A DNA stretch of 32,000 nucleotides from Rhodobacter capsulatus SB 1003 (lineage in GTDB: Bacteria > Pseudomonadota > Alphaproteobacteria > Rhodobacterales > Rhodobacteraceae): NCBI RefSeq assembly GCF_000021865.1, contig NC_014034.1, positions 2,550,001 to 2,582,000 of the forward strand. Reading direction: 5' to 3'. Shown in pieces: positions 1 through 7,728 of this stretch; position 1 is the first letter of the stretch, and each line of letters starts with the position of its first letter. Under the pieces are notes generated by a model. That model was not told where the DNA came from. It made no database searches and was given only the letters and a program-made list of their open reading frames with translations. The position numbers were made by a program, and so were the translations under genes.

Positions 1-59
1 CGGACCCGGTGGCGCAGCGATGTCGTCAGGTTGCGTCGCATCCTCACGCCCCCCCCAGC

Positions 60-1265
60 TCACGCCCCCCAGCGCGGGAACGGGTCGGGCAGATCGGCCC
101 AGGCCTCGGGGGTGAAATCCGCGGCCGGAACCAGCGCCGCATTCAGCCGCGCGCAGATCGCGTCGCGGTCCAGATCGACGCCGATGAAGACGATCTCCTG
201 GCGCCGGTCGCCCCAGGGCTCGGCCCAGTTCCGGGCGATTTCGCGCTGCGCATCGGGATGCGCGGGCAGCCGCTCGGGCGGGACCGAGGCCCACCAGCGC
301 CCCAAGGGCGTGACCCGGGCCGAGGCCCCCGCCAGGCTGAATTCGACCGCCCAATCGGGCCGCGTCGCCAGCCAGAAATGCCCCTTGGCGCGGATCACGC
401 CGGGAAGCGCCCCGCCCAGGGCCGCCTCGATCCGGGCCGGATCAAAGGGGGCGCGGGCGTGATAGACGAAGCTTGAAATCCCGTATTCCTCGGTCTCGGG
501 GGTGTGATTGGCGAAACCGTAAAGCTCTTTCGCCCAAAGCGGATGTTCGGCGGCGCGGGCGAAATCGAACAGCCCGGTGTCAAAGATCGCCTCGGCCGGA
601 ACCTGACCGAAATCGGTCTCGATCAGCCGCGCATCGGGGTTCAGCGCCTTGACGATCTGCCGCGCGATCTGCAGCCGCTCCGGCCCGGCATCCGTGACCT
701 TGTTCAGCACCACCACATCGGCGAATTCGATCTGCTCGGTCAGCAGATTGACCAGCGTGCGGTCGTCCTCTGCCCCCGCCGTCTCGCCGCGATCGGCCAG
801 AAAATCGCTCGAGGCGAAATCCTTCGTCAGGTTGATCGCATCAACCACGGTGACCATGCAATCGAGCCGCGCGATGTCGGAGAGGCTCGCCCCCGTCTCA
901 TCCCGAAAATCGAAGGTGGTGGCCACGGGCAAGGGCTCGGCCACGCCCGTCCCTTCGATCAGCAGATAGTCGAACCGCCCCGCCTCGGCCAGGGCCCGCA
1001 CCCCTTTCAACAGGTCATCGCGCAGCGTGCAGCAGATGCAGCCGTTGGTCATTTCCACCAGCGCCTCTTCGGCGCGGTTCAATTCGGTGCCCTCGCGGAT
1101 CAGATCGGCATCGATGTTCACCTCGGACATGTCGTTGACGATCACCGCGACGCGGCGCCCGGCGCGGTTGTTCAGCACATGGTTCAATAGCGTCGTCTTG
1201 CCCGCGCCCAGAAAGCCCGAAAGCACGCTGACCGGAAGGCGGGGATCAGTGGGAGAAAGGGTCAT
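60..1265 (-). CDS. COG0523-family G3E P-loop GTPase (CobW/YjiA/ZigA-like putative metallochaperone)
   Basis: 401-aa ORF. Walker [13 protein letters not shown] and the CxCC metal motif ([10 protein letters not shown]) are present, with a C-terminal CobW_C-like region. Codon third-position GC is strong. Confidence 0.9.
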   Translation of the reverse strand: MTLSPTDPRLPVSVLSGFLGAGKTTLLNHVLNNRAGRRVAVIVNDMSEVNIDADLIREGTELNRAEEALVEMTNGCICCTLRDDLLKGVRALAEAGRFDYLLIEGTGVAEPLPVATTFDFRDETGASLSDIARLDCMVTVVDAINLTKDFASSDFLADRGETAGAEDDRTLVNLLTEQIEFADVVVLNKVTDAGPERLQIARQIVKALNPDARLIETDFGQVPAEAIFDTGLFDFARAAEHPLWAKELYGFANHTPETEEYGISSFVYHARAPFDPARIEAALGGALPGVIRAKGHFWLATRPDWAVEFSLAGASARVTPLGRWWASVPPERLPAHPDAQREIARNWAEPWGDRRQEIVFIGVDLDRDAICARLNAALVPAADFTPEAWADLPDPFPRWGA

Positions 1266-1280
1266 GGCCGTCCATCTGAG

Positions 1281-1298
1281 TTATGTTATACTATCACC
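1281..1298. promoter_or_regulatory. Zur-box-like AT-rich imperfect palindrome upstream of the COG0523 GTPase gene
   Basis: TTATGTTATACTATCACC contains GTTATA-c-TATCAC (6-1-6, one mismatch), 20-32 nt upstream of the ATG at 1265. The left half, ATGTTATA, matches the canonical Zur half-site. COG0523 genes are classic Zur targets. Confidence 0.35.
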
Positions 1299-1334
1299 CA
1301 AATAGCCCGAAAGCCCGCCCCCCCGCAAGCCCGC

Positions 1335-1362
1335 CAAAGCAAAGGGCCGGACCCTGCGGCCC
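1335..1362 (-). terminator. Candidate intrinsic terminator downstream of ftsI
   Basis: On the minus strand this reads GGGCCG-CAGGGTC-CGGCCC followed by TTTGCTTTG. The stem is only 6 bp (all GC) and the T-tract is interrupted. Confidence 0.45.
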
Positions 1363-1382
1363 GACCCCGTGTTTTCCCCGTG

Positions 1383-1426
1383 TTTTTCCTGGTGCAAATA
1401 CGCCGGGGTGCGGGGCAACGCCCCGC
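1383..1426 (-). repeat. Intergenic mosaic repeat, locus R1 (module A arm plus GC hairpin)
   Basis: TTTTTCCTGGTGCAAATACGC (1383-1403) is the reverse complement of the GCGTATTTGCACCARGAAAAR module seen at 7859, 13637 and 27185. It is followed by the hairpin GCGGGGC-aac-GCCCCGC (1410-1426). The locus lies 7 nt from the ftsI stop codon. Confidence 0.8.
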
Positions 1427-1433
1427 TCTGCCC

Positions 1434-3233
1434 TCAATGCCCTTTCGCGGCCTTGACCAGCTGGATCCCGTCCAGCACCTCGGGCACGCTGTCGGCCGGG
1501 CGCAGGCCCAGGATCGGCGCGATGCGGCGGATCACCTCGGCCGCAACCGGCACCGCGGTCCAGCCCGCCGTCCGCCGCGTCTCGTTCGCGGCAAAGGACG
1601 AAGGCTCGTCCAGCGTCAGCACCAGCACATATTTCGGATCCGAGGCCGGAAAGGCCGAGGCAAAGGTGGCAATCACCTTGTTGTCGTAATAGCCGCCGCC
1701 CGGTTTCACCTTGTCGGCGGTGCCGGTCTTGCCCGCGACCTCGTAGCCCTTCACATCGGCGAAGCTGGCGGTGCCGCGCGTCACCACCGCGCGCATCATC
1801 GCCAGCGACTTGCGCGCCGCCTCGGTCGACATCACCTGCGGCCCGCGTTCATGCGTGGCCGCATGCACGAGCGTCGGCTTGACCCGATAGCCGCCATTGG
1901 CGATCGTCGCATAGGCCGCCGCCAGATGCAGCGGCGAGGCCGCCAGCCCGTGGCCGTAACCCACCGTCATCGAGGTGATCTCGGACCATTTCCCCGGCAC
2001 GATCGGCCGCCCCGAGGGGGCCTCGGACAGCTCGACCGGGGTCGGCGCCATGAAGCCCAGGCTTTCCAGGAACGCCTTTTGCCGCTGCCCGCCGATCAGA
2101 AGCGCGATCCGCGCCGTGCCGACGTTCGAGCTTTCGACGACGATATCGGTGATCGACAGCGCGGGCCCGTAATTGTGGAAATCGCGGATCCGGAACCGGC
2201 CCCAGACCATCGGCGATTTCGTGTCCAGCATCGTCGTCGGGTTCACCAGCCCCAGTTCCAGCGCCTGCGCCACGGCAAAGATCTTGAAGGTGGAGCCAAG
2301 TTCATACACCCCCTGCACCGCCCGGTTGAAGAGCGGGCTGTCGGAGGCATCGCCCTTGACCAGCGGCGTCGGGCGGTCGTTCGGGTCGAAATCGGGCAAG
2401 GAGGCCAGCGCGACGATCTCGCCCGAATGCGCATCCATCACCACCGCGGTGGCGCCCTTGGCATTCATCAGCTTCATGCCGCCGGCCAGGATCTCCTCGA
2501 CCGCCTGCTGCACCGTCAGATCGATCGAGAGCTTCAGCGGCGCGCCATTGTTGGCCGGATCGCGCAGCCAGCCGTCAAAGGCCTTTTCCACCCCGGCCGT
2601 GCCGATGATCTCGGCGCTGTCCACGCCCTCGTTGCCAAAGCGCGCGCCGCCCAGCACATGCGCCGCCAGCCGCCCGTTCGGATAAAGCCGCATCTCGCGC
2701 GGGCCGAACAGCAGGCCCGGCTCGCCGATGTCATGCACCTGCTGCAGCTGCTCGGGCGAGATCTTCTTCTTGATCCAGACGAATTTGCGCGTGCCGGTGA
2801 AATCGGCGGCCAGGCGTTTCGCATCCAGATCGGGGAAGATCTTCGCCAGTTTCTTCGCCGTGCCGACCGGATCGACCATCATCGGCGGCTGCGCGTAAAG
2901 CGCATGCGTCACCAGGTTCGTCGCCAGCACCCGGCCCTCGCGGTCGGTGATGTCGGCGCGCTGCGCCAGGATCGCCGGGGCGGTGTCGGCGCGTTGCGGT
3001 TCCTCGGGGGTCGAGGCGGCGAGCGTGCCCATCCGCACCCCCACCGCGCCGAAACAAACGCAGAAGATCCCGATCACCAGCCCGATCCGCCAGGCGACAC
3101 GGGCGCGGGCGGCTTCGCGCCCCGCCTCGCCGCGGGCGCGGATATTGGCGCGTTCGATCAGGTCGGGGTTTTCGCCGCGGGCGCGGGCATCCAGGATCCG
3201 CGCCAGCGGGCGCAGCGGCGTGCGGGGGCTCAT
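1434..3233 (-). CDS. ftsI: Peptidoglycan D,D-transpeptidase FtsI (class B PBP, PBP3)
   Basis: 599-aa ORF with an N-terminal TM anchor (WRIGLVIGIFCVCFGAVGV). Transpeptidase motifs are present: SxxK (GSTFK), SxN (ESSNVG) and KTG (AGKTGTA). The start overlaps the ftsL stop by 4 nt, and the gene follows mraZ-rsmH-ftsL. Confidence 0.93.
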   Translation of the reverse strand: MSPRTPLRPLARILDARARGENPDLIERANIRARGEAGREAARARVAWRIGLVIGIFCVCFGAVGVRMGTLAASTPEEPQRADTAPAILAQRADITDREGRVLATNLVTHALYAQPPMMVDPVGTAKKLAKIFPDLDAKRLAADFTGTRKFVWIKKKISPEQLQQVHDIGEPGLLFGPREMRLYPNGRLAAHVLGGARFGNEGVDSAEIIGTAGVEKAFDGWLRDPANNGAPLKLSIDLTVQQAVEEILAGGMKLMNAKGATAVVMDAHSGEIVALASLPDFDPNDRPTPLVKGDASDSPLFNRAVQGVYELGSTFKIFAVAQALELGLVNPTTMLDTKSPMVWGRFRIRDFHNYGPALSITDIVVESSNVGTARIALLIGGQRQKAFLESLGFMAPTPVELSEAPSGRPIVPGKWSEITSMTVGYGHGLAASPLHLAAAYATIANGGYRVKPTLVHAATHERGPQVMSTEAARKSLAMMRAVVTRGTASFADVKGYEVAGKTGTADKVKPGGGYYDNKVIATFASAFPASDPKYVLVLTLDEPSSFAANETRRTAGWTAVPVAAEVIRRIAPILGLRPADSVPEVLDGIQLVKAAKGH

Positions 3234-3628
3234 TGTGCCTCCTCTTCGGCGATGCGGGAGCTTTCGTCATCGGTCGGCGGCGCGGAAACCTCGATCGCCT
3301 GCGCGACGGCCTGATCGATCGACAGCGGGTCGGTGCCCTCGGGCGCGGGATAGGCGACCATCGCGGCGGTGCCGAACTGATCGGGGGTCATCGGCAACAG
3401 GCCCAGCGAGGCGAAATTCAGGTTCACCAGCTCGCGCAGCCGCTCGGGACGGTTCAGATAGGCCCATTCGGCGCGCAGGACGCTGAGGCCTTCCTGCAGA
3501 TCGGCGATCTCGGCATTCAGCGCGCGCAGTTCCTGTTCGCGGTCCTGGGTCGCGTAATTGACGTGATAGGCCCAGAAGGCCAGACCCAGAACACAAAGCG
3601 AAACAAGGATATACGAGATGGTCTTCAT
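3230..3628 (-). CDS. ftsL: Cell division protein FtsL (alphaproteobacterial type)
   Basis: 132 aa with a single N-terminal TM helix ([18 protein letters not shown]) followed by a coiled-coil-like segment. It has 4-nt overlaps with rsmH (upstream) and ftsI (downstream) and sits in the canonical dcw position. Confidence 0.8.
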   Translation of the reverse strand: MKTISYILVSLCVLGLAFWAYHVNYATQDREQELRALNAEIADLQEGLSVLRAEWAYLNRPERLRELVNLNFASLGLLPMTPDQFGTAAMVAYPAPEGTDPLSIDQAVAQAIEVSAPPTDDESSRIAEEEAQ

Positions 3629-4641
3629 CTGGGGCGGCCCCGGCTGCGGTCGGTTTCGAAAAGGGGGGCCGGCAGGCCAAGGCTGCTGCGGTCAGCTCTA
3701 CCGGCGGGGGAATCGGTGCGGGCACCGATGCGCAGAATAGCAGAGCGTGCCCGCGGGTTCTGTGCAAGCTCGATTTCGTCCGGCCCCACCCCCTTGCGGG
3801 TCACAAGATCGAAGGCCGCCGCCTCGGGCGCGGCCTCGGGCGCATAGCGCGAGCCCCCGGGCGCCCGGCCCGCGCGGGCCTGAAAGAAGCGCTTCACCAC
3901 CCGGTCTTCCAGCGAATGGAAGGTGACGACGGCCAGTTTGCCCCCCGGTTTCAGCGCCCGCTCGGCCGCTTCAAGCCCCGCGATCAGCTGGCCGAATTCG
4001 TCATTCACCGCGATGCGCAGCGCCTGAAAGCTGCGCGTGGCGGGGTGGCTTTGCCCCGGTTTCGGCCGCGGCAGGCAGCGCTCGATCGTCGCCACCAGCT
4101 GCTTCGTGCTCTCGTAAGGCGCGCTTTTGCGGGCCTCGACGATGGCGCGGGCAATCCGGCGCGAGGCGCGTTCCTCGCCGTAATGATACAGGATGTCGGC
4201 CAGCGCGCCTTCCTCGGCCGTGTTCACCAGATCGGCGGCAGAGGGCCCGGATTGCGACATCCGCATGTCCAAGGGCCCGTCGCGCAGAAAGGAAAAGCCG
4301 CGCTCGGCCTGATCGAGCTGCATCGACGACACGCCCAGATCCAGCACCACCCCGTTCAGCCCTTCGGGCGCGATCTCGGCGGCGACGGCATCGAGGTTCG
4401 AAAAGGTGTTCTCGACCAGCACCAGCCGCTCGCCGAACTCGCCGCGCCAGGGCGCCGCCATCTCGAAGGCCAGCGGATCGCGGTCGATGCCGATCACCCG
4501 CCCGGCCCCCGCCGCCAGCAGCCCGCGCGCATAGCCGCCCGCGCCGAAGGTGCCGTCCAGCCATGTCCCCAAGACAGGCGCGACCGCCTGAAGGAGCGGT
4601 CGCAGCAGAACGGGAATATGCGGGGTGTCGGGTCGGTCCAT
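3625..4641 (-). CDS. rsmH: 16S rRNA (cytosine1402-N4)-methyltransferase RsmH (MraW)
   Basis: 338 aa with the conserved [15 protein letters not shown] and [10 protein letters not shown] motifs. It lies immediately downstream of mraZ. Confidence 0.95.
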   Translation of the reverse strand: MDRPDTPHIPVLLRPLLQAVAPVLGTWLDGTFGAGGYARGLLAAGAGRVIGIDRDPLAFEMAAPWRGEFGERLVLVENTFSNLDAVAAEIAPEGLNGVVLDLGVSSMQLDQAERGFSFLRDGPLDMRMSQSGPSAADLVNTAEEGALADILYHYGEERASRRIARAIVEARKSAPYESTKQLVATIERCLPRPKPGQSHPATRSFQALRIAVNDEFGQLIAGLEAAERALKPGGKLAVVTFHSLEDRVVKRFFQARAGRAPGGSRYAPEAAPEAAAFDLVTRKGVGPDEIELAQNPRARSAILRIGARTDSPAGRADRSSLGLPAPLFETDRSRGRPR

Positions 4642-4642
4642 C

Positions 4643-5128
4643 TCAGCCCCCGTTGAGCAGGCTGAGCGGGTCGAAATCCTCGCCCATCTCGGCCATCAGT
4701 TTTTCCAGCCGCGCCTGATCGACGGCGGCGAAGGTCTCGGGGTTCCAGATCTCGAAAGTCTCGCCCATGCCGGCGAAATAGGCGTCGCCGGTCAGCTGGA
4801 AGCGCTCGCGCAGCTGCGCGGGCAGGACCAGACGGCCATCGGGGTCGATCTCGGTCGGATGCGCCTTGTTCAGCACGAAGCGTTGCAGGATGGCGCGGCT
4901 CGGGTCGCTGTAGGGGCGCGCGTTGATCGCGGCCGCCAGCTTCTGAAAACCCGCAAAGGAATGAACCTGCAGCATTTTCTGGGTGTCGGCGCCGTAGACG
5001 ATGACCAGACGCGGGCGTTTCGTCACGGCGGCTTCGGGATCGCCCTCCTCGAGCTCACGACGAAACAGCGCGGGGATCGACACGCGACCCTTGCTGTCCA
5101 CCTTGAAGGTGTATTCGCCGATGAACAT
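4643..5128 (-). CDS. mraZ: Transcriptional regulator MraZ
   Basis: The start is placed at the internal Met (cat at 5126-5128), giving [19 protein letters not shown], the canonical MraZ N-terminus (compare E. coli MFRGATLVNLDSKGRLSVP). A second DxxGR repeat ([11 protein letters not shown]) is present. The upstream 108 codons of the tracked ORF are rejected. Confidence 0.9.
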   Translation of the reverse strand: MFIGEYTFKVDSKGRVSIPALFRRELEEGDPEAAVTKRPRLVIVYGADTQKMLQVHSFAGFQKLAAAINARPYSDPSRAILQRFVLNKAHPTEIDPDGRLVLPAQLRERFQLTGDAYFAGMGETFEIWNPETFAAVDQARLEKLMAEMGEDFDPLSLLNGG

Positions 5129-5477
5129 GCCCGCCAAGGCGGCAACTCCCGTCCCCTCCCCGCGGTGGTCTTGAAGGAAAACGGCGGACCGAGCTGCTGC
5201 CACTGCTCGATCCGCCGCCCTCGTCCCATCTCTGGGCTGTCCGGTCTGCGCGCGCCACCTGGGGGATGTCTGCTCGCTCGCGCGCCGGATCTCTCTTTCG
5301 TGAAGCGGGTGCCTGTATGAAACTTCGGTCTTTGCGCCGTTGAGGTCTTGCTGCCTCTTGCCCGTCTTCCGTGAGGCAGTGATGCCATGGTCCCGGTGGG
5401 ATTTCAAGGGATATTTTGGGAAGCGATGGAATTCCTGTCCGGCACGTGACACGGAAAGCGATGTTAACTCAACAGCT

Positions 5478-5486
5478 TGTGGATAA
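5478..5486 (-). promoter_or_regulatory. Perfect consensus DnaA box (TTATCCACA on the minus strand)
   Basis: The plus strand reads TGTGGATAA at 5478-5486, about 350 nt upstream of the mraZ ATG. This is a single copy. The AT-rich 9-mer is unlikely by chance in this GC-rich window, but it sits among degenerate repeat debris. Confidence 0.3.
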
Positions 5487-5710
5487 CTTTTGCAGCAAAG
5501 GCAAAGCTGTAGCGGGATTGATCCAGATCAACCACAACATCTAGGCAACACCTCTGTGACAGATCTGCCATCCCGTCCGGTGGGGCAAATTCCCGCGCAA
5601 CAGGCCAAAACCCGCAAAATCCCGGGCAAGCGCCGCGCAGAACGCCCCGATCACGGCCAAACACGGGCAAGTGATTCGGGCGGCGACGCCCGCCCGCCAA
5701 TCCGTCCCAT

Positions 5711-5884
5711 GATTTCCCACCCAAGACCCCAAACTCCGCAACGCCAAAGGGCAGCCCTGCGACTGCCCTTTCATCTTGCTTCAAATACCTCGGGGGTCGT
5801 CCATTGGTGCGCCATTGGTTCAAGACCCAATGGACGACGGGGCGGAGCCCCCGCCCGGGTCGCCGCGCCAGGCGCGGCGAAATC
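5711..5884. repeat. Intergenic mosaic repeat, locus R8 (degenerate A-like arm, hairpin, B arm, nested palindrome, module C)
   Basis: The B arm ATCTTGCTTCAAATACCTCGGGGG (5773-5796) and module C GGGGCGGAGCCCCCGCCCGGGTCGCCGCGCCAGGCGCGGCGAAATC (5839-5884) are collinear with 27257-27330. Here they are interrupted by a 42-nt insertion that forms a palindromic hairpin (5796-5838). Module C overlaps the apbC stop codon (5883-5885). Confidence 0.75.
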
Positions 5885-6947
5885 AGGCCACGCCGCGCCC
5901 GATCAGCTCTGCCGCGATCGCCGCATAGGCCCCGGCCGCGGCGCCCGTGCCCAGCGCCACGGGACGGCCCGCATCCCCCGCCTCGCGCACTTCAAGCGCC
6001 AGCGGCAGCGATCCCAGGAACGGCAGGCCCAGCCGCGCCGCCTCGGCCTCCACCCCGCCATGGCCGAACAGATGCGCCTCGTGGCCGCAATTCGGACAGA
6101 CATAGGTGGACATGTTCTCGATCAGCCCCAGCACCGGCAGCTTCAGCTTGGCAAACATGTCGAGCGCCTTTTTCGCATCCAGCAGCGCGATGTCCTGCGG
6201 CGTGGACACGATCACCGCGCCGTCCAGCACGGTCTTCTGGCACAGGCTGAGCTGAATGTCCCCGGTGCCCGGCGGCAGGTCGATCACCAGCACGTCGAGC
6301 GGCCCGAAATGATCCCATTTCACCTGACCGAGCATCTGCTGCAGCGCCCCCATCAGCATCGGGCCGCGCCAGATCACCGCCTCGTCCTCGCGCAGCATCA
6401 GCCCGAGCGACATCAGCACCACCCCATGCGCGCGCACCGGCAGGATCGTCTGACCATCGGGCGAGGCGGGCTTTTCGGTGGCCCCCATCATCCGCGGCTG
6501 GCTGGGCCCGTAAAGATCGGCATCGAGCAGCCCCACCCTTTTGCCCGCCCGCGCCAAAGCCACAGCCAGGTTCGAGGCGACGGTGGATTTGCCCACCCCC
6601 CCCTTGCCCGAGCCCACGGCGATCACATGCGCCACGCCCGGCACCGGCAGCGGCCCGTCCTGCGGCTTCGCATGCCCGCCGATCTTCACCCCGCCGCCCG
6701 GCGCCTTCGACGGCCCGGCCGGGATCACCACCGACAGGCTTTGCACCCCCGGCAGCGCCCGCACCGCCGCCTCCAGCACCGGCCGGATCACCAGCAGCTC
6801 CGCCTCGGGCGCACCTTCCAGGACAAAACGCACCACCCCCGATTCGACGGCCAGCGCATGCACCAGATTGCGACCGACCGCATCCCCGCCCCCCGGCAAG
6901 GCGGTCTTGCGCAGCGCTTCCAGCACCGATTCCTTCGTAAGCGTCAT
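5883..6947 (-). CDS. apbC: Fe-S cluster carrier ATPase, Mrp/ApbC/NBP35 family
   Basis: The start is placed at MTLTKESVLEAL (cat at 6945-6947, GGAGAGA RBS just upstream). An N-terminal DUF59-like domain, a deviant Walker A (GSGKGGVGKST) and the CPNCGH motif are present. Confidence 0.92.
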   Translation of the reverse strand: MTLTKESVLEALRKTALPGGGDAVGRNLVHALAVESGVVRFVLEGAPEAELLVIRPVLEAAVRALPGVQSLSVVIPAGPSKAPGGGVKIGGHAKPQDGPLPVPGVAHVIAVGSGKGGVGKSTVASNLAVALARAGKRVGLLDADLYGPSQPRMMGATEKPASPDGQTILPVRAHGVVLMSLGLMLREDEAVIWRGPMLMGALQQMLGQVKWDHFGPLDVLVIDLPPGTGDIQLSLCQKTVLDGAVIVSTPQDIALLDAKKALDMFAKLKLPVLGLIENMSTYVCPNCGHEAHLFGHGGVEAEAARLGLPFLGSLPLALEVREAGDAGRPVALGTGAAAGAYAAIAAELIGRGVA

Positions 6948-7135
6948 GGCTCTCTCCTGTCGATTTGCCGGGGACTGTGGCGCATTTGCCGCGGGCTGCA
7001 AGGGGGCGCCCCGCGCCCAAGCAAGATTTGCACGATATTTGCGCGGTCAAATATGGAATTAATCCAGTTTGGAGGCGGATTCAGGTCAGAATCCGTTATG
7101 CATTTTCTGCAAGGCCGCATTGCCCCTGCCGCCCA

Positions 7136-7163
7136 TTGTGCATCTGCAGCAATCGGGCCATGT
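7136..7163 (+). promoter_or_regulatory. Candidate RpoH (sigma-32 type) promoter for the DUF1127-sRNA operon
   Basis: TTGTGC-N16-CCATGT. The -10 element fits the alphaproteobacterial RpoHI/HII CYATNT pattern, and the site lies about 90 nt upstream of the ATG at 7251. This is pattern matching only. Confidence 0.3.
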
Positions 7164-7250
7164 TAGCCCCAACAGCGACGGTGCACCACAGCGACAGCCG
7201 GACGGTCCGAAGCTAAACCCCAAGACGACACGAACGAAAGAAGACGACCG

Positions 7251-7454
7251 ATGGCACTGGTCAGCGACATCCGGACGACCGATAGCGGTTTTTCCAATTT
7301 TCTGGCCTCGATCCGCGAGGCTCTGGCGCGGCGCAAGGTCTATCGCCAGACGCTGGCGGAACTGCGCTCGCTGTCGAACCGCGAGTTGAACGATCTTGGC
7401 ATGCACCGCTCGATGCTGACCCGCATCGCGCTGGAAGCCGCCTACGGCAAATAA
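7251..7454 (+). CDS. DUF1127 domain small protein (CcaF1-like)
   Basis: 67 aa. The C-terminal RQTLAELRSLSNRELNDLGMHRSML matches the DUF1127 signature (R..L..LsdreL.DiG..R). It is followed directly by the CCUCCUCCC hairpin array, as in the R. sphaeroides RSP_6037/CcsR locus. Confidence 0.88.
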   Translation: MALVSDIRTTDSGFSNFLASIREALARRKVYRQTLAELRSLSNRELNDLGMHRSMLTRIALEAAYGK

Positions 7455-7460
7455 CGACTT

Positions 7461-7534
7461 CCGGAGACCCTCTCCTCCTCCCTGGGTCTCGGAGATCGGC
7501 GGCATCCTCTCTCCTCCTCCCTGAGGATGCCGCC
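7461..7534 (+). ncRNA. CcsR/'cuckoo'-type sRNA unit 1 (two CCUCCUCCC-loop hairpins)
   Basis: Hairpin 1 is GAGACCC/GGGTCTC with loop TCTCCTCCTCCCT. Hairpin 2 is GGCGGCATCCTC/GAGGATGCCGCC with the identical loop. Confidence 0.75.
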
Positions 7535-7569
7535 ACCCCATACCGGCCCCATCTGCCGGACCAAGGATC

Positions 7570-7641
7570 AAGCCCCTCTCCTCCTCCCTGGGGCTTCGAT
7601 AGAAGACGGCGGCCTCGTCCTCCTCCCAGAGGCCGCCCGTC
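7570..7641 (+). ncRNA. CcsR/'cuckoo'-type sRNA unit 2
   Basis: Hairpin 3 is AAGCCCC/GGGGCTT with loop TCTCCTCCTCCCT. Hairpin 4 is GACGGCGGCCTC/GAGGCCGCC(C)GTC with loop GTCCTCCTCCCA. Confidence 0.75.
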
Positions 7642-7655
7642 TTCGACCTGATCCT

Positions 7656-7716
7656 GCCGCCCTCTCCTCCTCCCTGGGCGGCGGTGTGGTGCTGCCCACC
7701 TCCTCCCGGGCGGCAC
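7656..7716 (+). ncRNA. CcsR/'cuckoo'-type sRNA unit 3
   Basis: Hairpin 5 is GCCGCCC/GGGCGGC with loop TCTCCTCCTCCCT. Hairpin 6 is GTGCTGCCC/GGGCGGCAC (one G-U pair) with loop ACCTCCTCCC. Confidence 0.72.
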
Positions 7717-7728
7717 CGGAAAACCCGA

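Noticed and set aside
1380-3314. 644-aa plus-strand ORF antisense to ftsI. Similar long ORFs occur at 5490-7166(+), 9832-11739(+), 13660-15564(+), 15209-16705(-), 16620-18341(+), 18092-19909(-), 21772-23283(-), 24438-26789(-) and 28477-30543(+).
   Set aside because: All lie antisense to genes with unmistakable conserved motifs. Their products are Arg/Gly/His/Pro-rich low-complexity sequences typical of shadow ORFs in high-GC DNA, and several begin or end inside the intergenic repeats.
5397-5431. Four (T/A)GGGA-like pentamers at exact 10-nt phasing (5397, 5407, 5417, 5427), resembling the TGGGN direct repeats bound by MraZ.
   Set aside because: The core GGGATATTTTGGGAAG aligns with module B of the intergenic repeat (GGGATATTTCGGGCAAG), which itself has GGG triplets 10 nt apart. 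The repeats also lie on the strand opposite to mraZ and about 270 nt from its start. A decayed repeat copy is the more parsimonious reading, although MraZ binding is not excluded.
5129-5452. N-terminal 108-codon extension of the mraZ ORF. Similar extensions occur for apbC (6948-7001), yciB (9725-9991), ftsY (11434-11625), sdaA (18102-18194), pgi (30172-30294) and xseA (15181-15945).
   Set aside because: In each case an internal Met reproduces the canonical family N-terminus and usually has an RBS. The extensions are Arg/Pro-rich, run through repeat elements or the neighbouring gene, and lack homology-like features.
5464-5823. 119-aa minus-strand ORF in the mraZ-apbC gap.
   Set aside because: It has no RBS and a low-complexity Gly/Arg/Pro composition, and it is built from degenerate repeat modules.
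5796-5838. A tRNA-like minihelix: 7-bp GTCGTCC/GGACGAC acceptor-like stem plus ATTGG-TTCAAGAC-CCAAT, reminiscent of a T-arm (GGTTCAAGxCC).
   Set aside because: The loop is 8 nt with mispaired T-stem positions. There are no D or anticodon arms and no CCA or discriminator context. It is best explained as a palindromic insertion within a repeat copy.
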